Made by a program: the position numbers and the translations under genes | Part shown: positions 62,694-64,000 of the stretch, one piece after another | Layout: the number at the start of each line of letters is the position of its first letter | Position numbering within the stretch: position 1 is the first letter of the stretch | Notes under the pieces: generated by a model | What the model saw: the letters and a program-made list of their open reading frames with translations, nothing else | Databases searched by the model: none | What the model was told of the DNA's origin: nothing | DNA from: Macrostomum lignano | Taxonomy: Eukaryota | Direction of reading: 5' to 3' | Length of the DNA stretch: 64,000 bases | NCBI GenBank assembly: GCA_002269645.1 | Contig: NIVC01001446.1 | Coordinates: 1-64,000 of the forward strand

Positions 62694-62809
62694 GTTCGGG
62701 CAAGACCGGAGTCTTGGCTGGAGCGGGGAGAGAGCATGACGATTGTAGTAGACTGTTGTATTGATTATTCAGCTTTGGGCTTCTTAACTTCAGTCTCTGC
62801 TTCTCTCTC

Positions 62810-62871
<62 letters not shown>

Positions 62872-62884
62872 ATGTCTGTCTTAG

Positions 62885-62949
<65 letters not shown>

Positions 62950-63012
62950 GCCTGTCTGTGTGTCTGTCTGTCTGTCTGTCTGTCTTAGTGTCTGTCTGTC
63001 TGTCTGTCTTAG

Positions 63013-63049
<37 letters not shown>

Positions 63050-63224
63050 TAGTGTCTGTCTGTCTGTCTGTCTTAGTGTCTGTCTGTCTGTCTGTCTTAG
63101 TGTCTGTCTGTCTGTCTGTCTTAGTGTCTGTCTTAGTGTCTGTCTGTCTGTCTGTCTGTCTGTATGTCTGTCTTAGTGTCTGTCTGTCTTAGTATCTGTC
63201 TGTCTTAGTATCTGTCTGTCTTAG

Positions 63225-63261
<37 letters not shown>

Positions 63262-63312
63262 TAGTGTCTGTCTGTCTTAGTATCTGTCTGTCTTAGTATC
63301 TGTCTGTCTTAG

Positions 63313-63363
<51 letters not shown>

Positions 63364-63480
63364 ATGTCTGTCTTAGTGTCTGTCTGTCTGTCTGTCTGTA
63401 TGTCTGTCTTAGTGTCTGTCTGTCTGTCTGTCTGTATGTCTGTCTTAGTGTCTGTCTGTCTTAGTATCTGTCTGTCTTAG

Positions 63481-63533
<53 letters not shown>

Positions 63534-63535
63534 GC
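62810..63535 (+). repeat. (TGTC)n microsatellite with ttag interruptions
   Basis: Direct reading. Confidence 0.98.
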
Positions 63536-63821
63536 CGGCCCGTCTTAGACACAAATATATATTTTATAACAACAGTCACGTCATTTTTATAGAACTTTCC
63601 TGCGTTTTATTGTTGCCTGTTATTTATGTCAACTTTTTATATTGTTGCAGTTTCAAGCGGCATTAAAATTGTTGCAAAGCTTTATTATTACTATAATCTA
63701 GTCTTCAGCAGACAGCTGTGGCTATGCAATAATATTGCTGCAGTTGCCCTGCCTTGTTTGTGTGATCTCTTCTAGTGCATGCTTTTCAATTGTGTCCCGT
63801 TTTATTCGCTTTTTATACTAC

Positions 63822-63925
63822 TGCATAAGATATACTACTGCATAAGATATACTACTGCATAAGATATACTACTGCATAAGATATACTACTGCATAAGATA
63901 TACTACTGCATAAGATATACTACTT
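63822..63925. repeat. 19-bp tandem repeat (atactactgcataagatat)n
   Basis: Direct reading. Confidence 0.92.
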
Positions 63926-64000
63926 GTAATTAAAATTTTTGCTTCTCACGCGATAATTTTCAGTAAGCAACTTTTAGTGCGGCGCTCTGATGTGCTGGCG

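Overview
This is animal nuclear DNA with GT-AG introns and dense micro/minisatellites; the style suggests a free-living flatworm such as Macrostomum, but that is inference. Bases 1-3552 are the AT-rich right end of a Maverick/Polinton (adintovirus-like) element, ending in ACTACT and inserted into an exon of a host Cys-loop receptor gene. Its PLA2-integrase gene is split by a compact, structurally intact 299-nt group IC1 self-splicing intron (1201-1499) sitting in the PLA2 Ca-binding loop (YNFAG|PGT). A free-standing HNH endonuclease gene lies immediately upstream. This ribozyme/endonuclease/integrase module in an animal genome is the standout feature. Host genes are four divergent nAChR-like Cys-loop subunits (two disabled, two intact) lacking the ACh-binding motifs, two C-type lectins (EPN vs QPD), a small secreted 6-Cys protein, a VWDE-like GPI-type protein, an unknown membrane protein, a PCIF1-like cap methyltransferase, SLC25A10 and Cdc42. 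The rest is SINEs, MITEs, a TTAA foldback element, Crypton and Penelope-like remnants, and many tandem repeats. Most long ORFs in the supplied track are repeat artefacts. All calls come from reading the sequence by eye; no searches were run.
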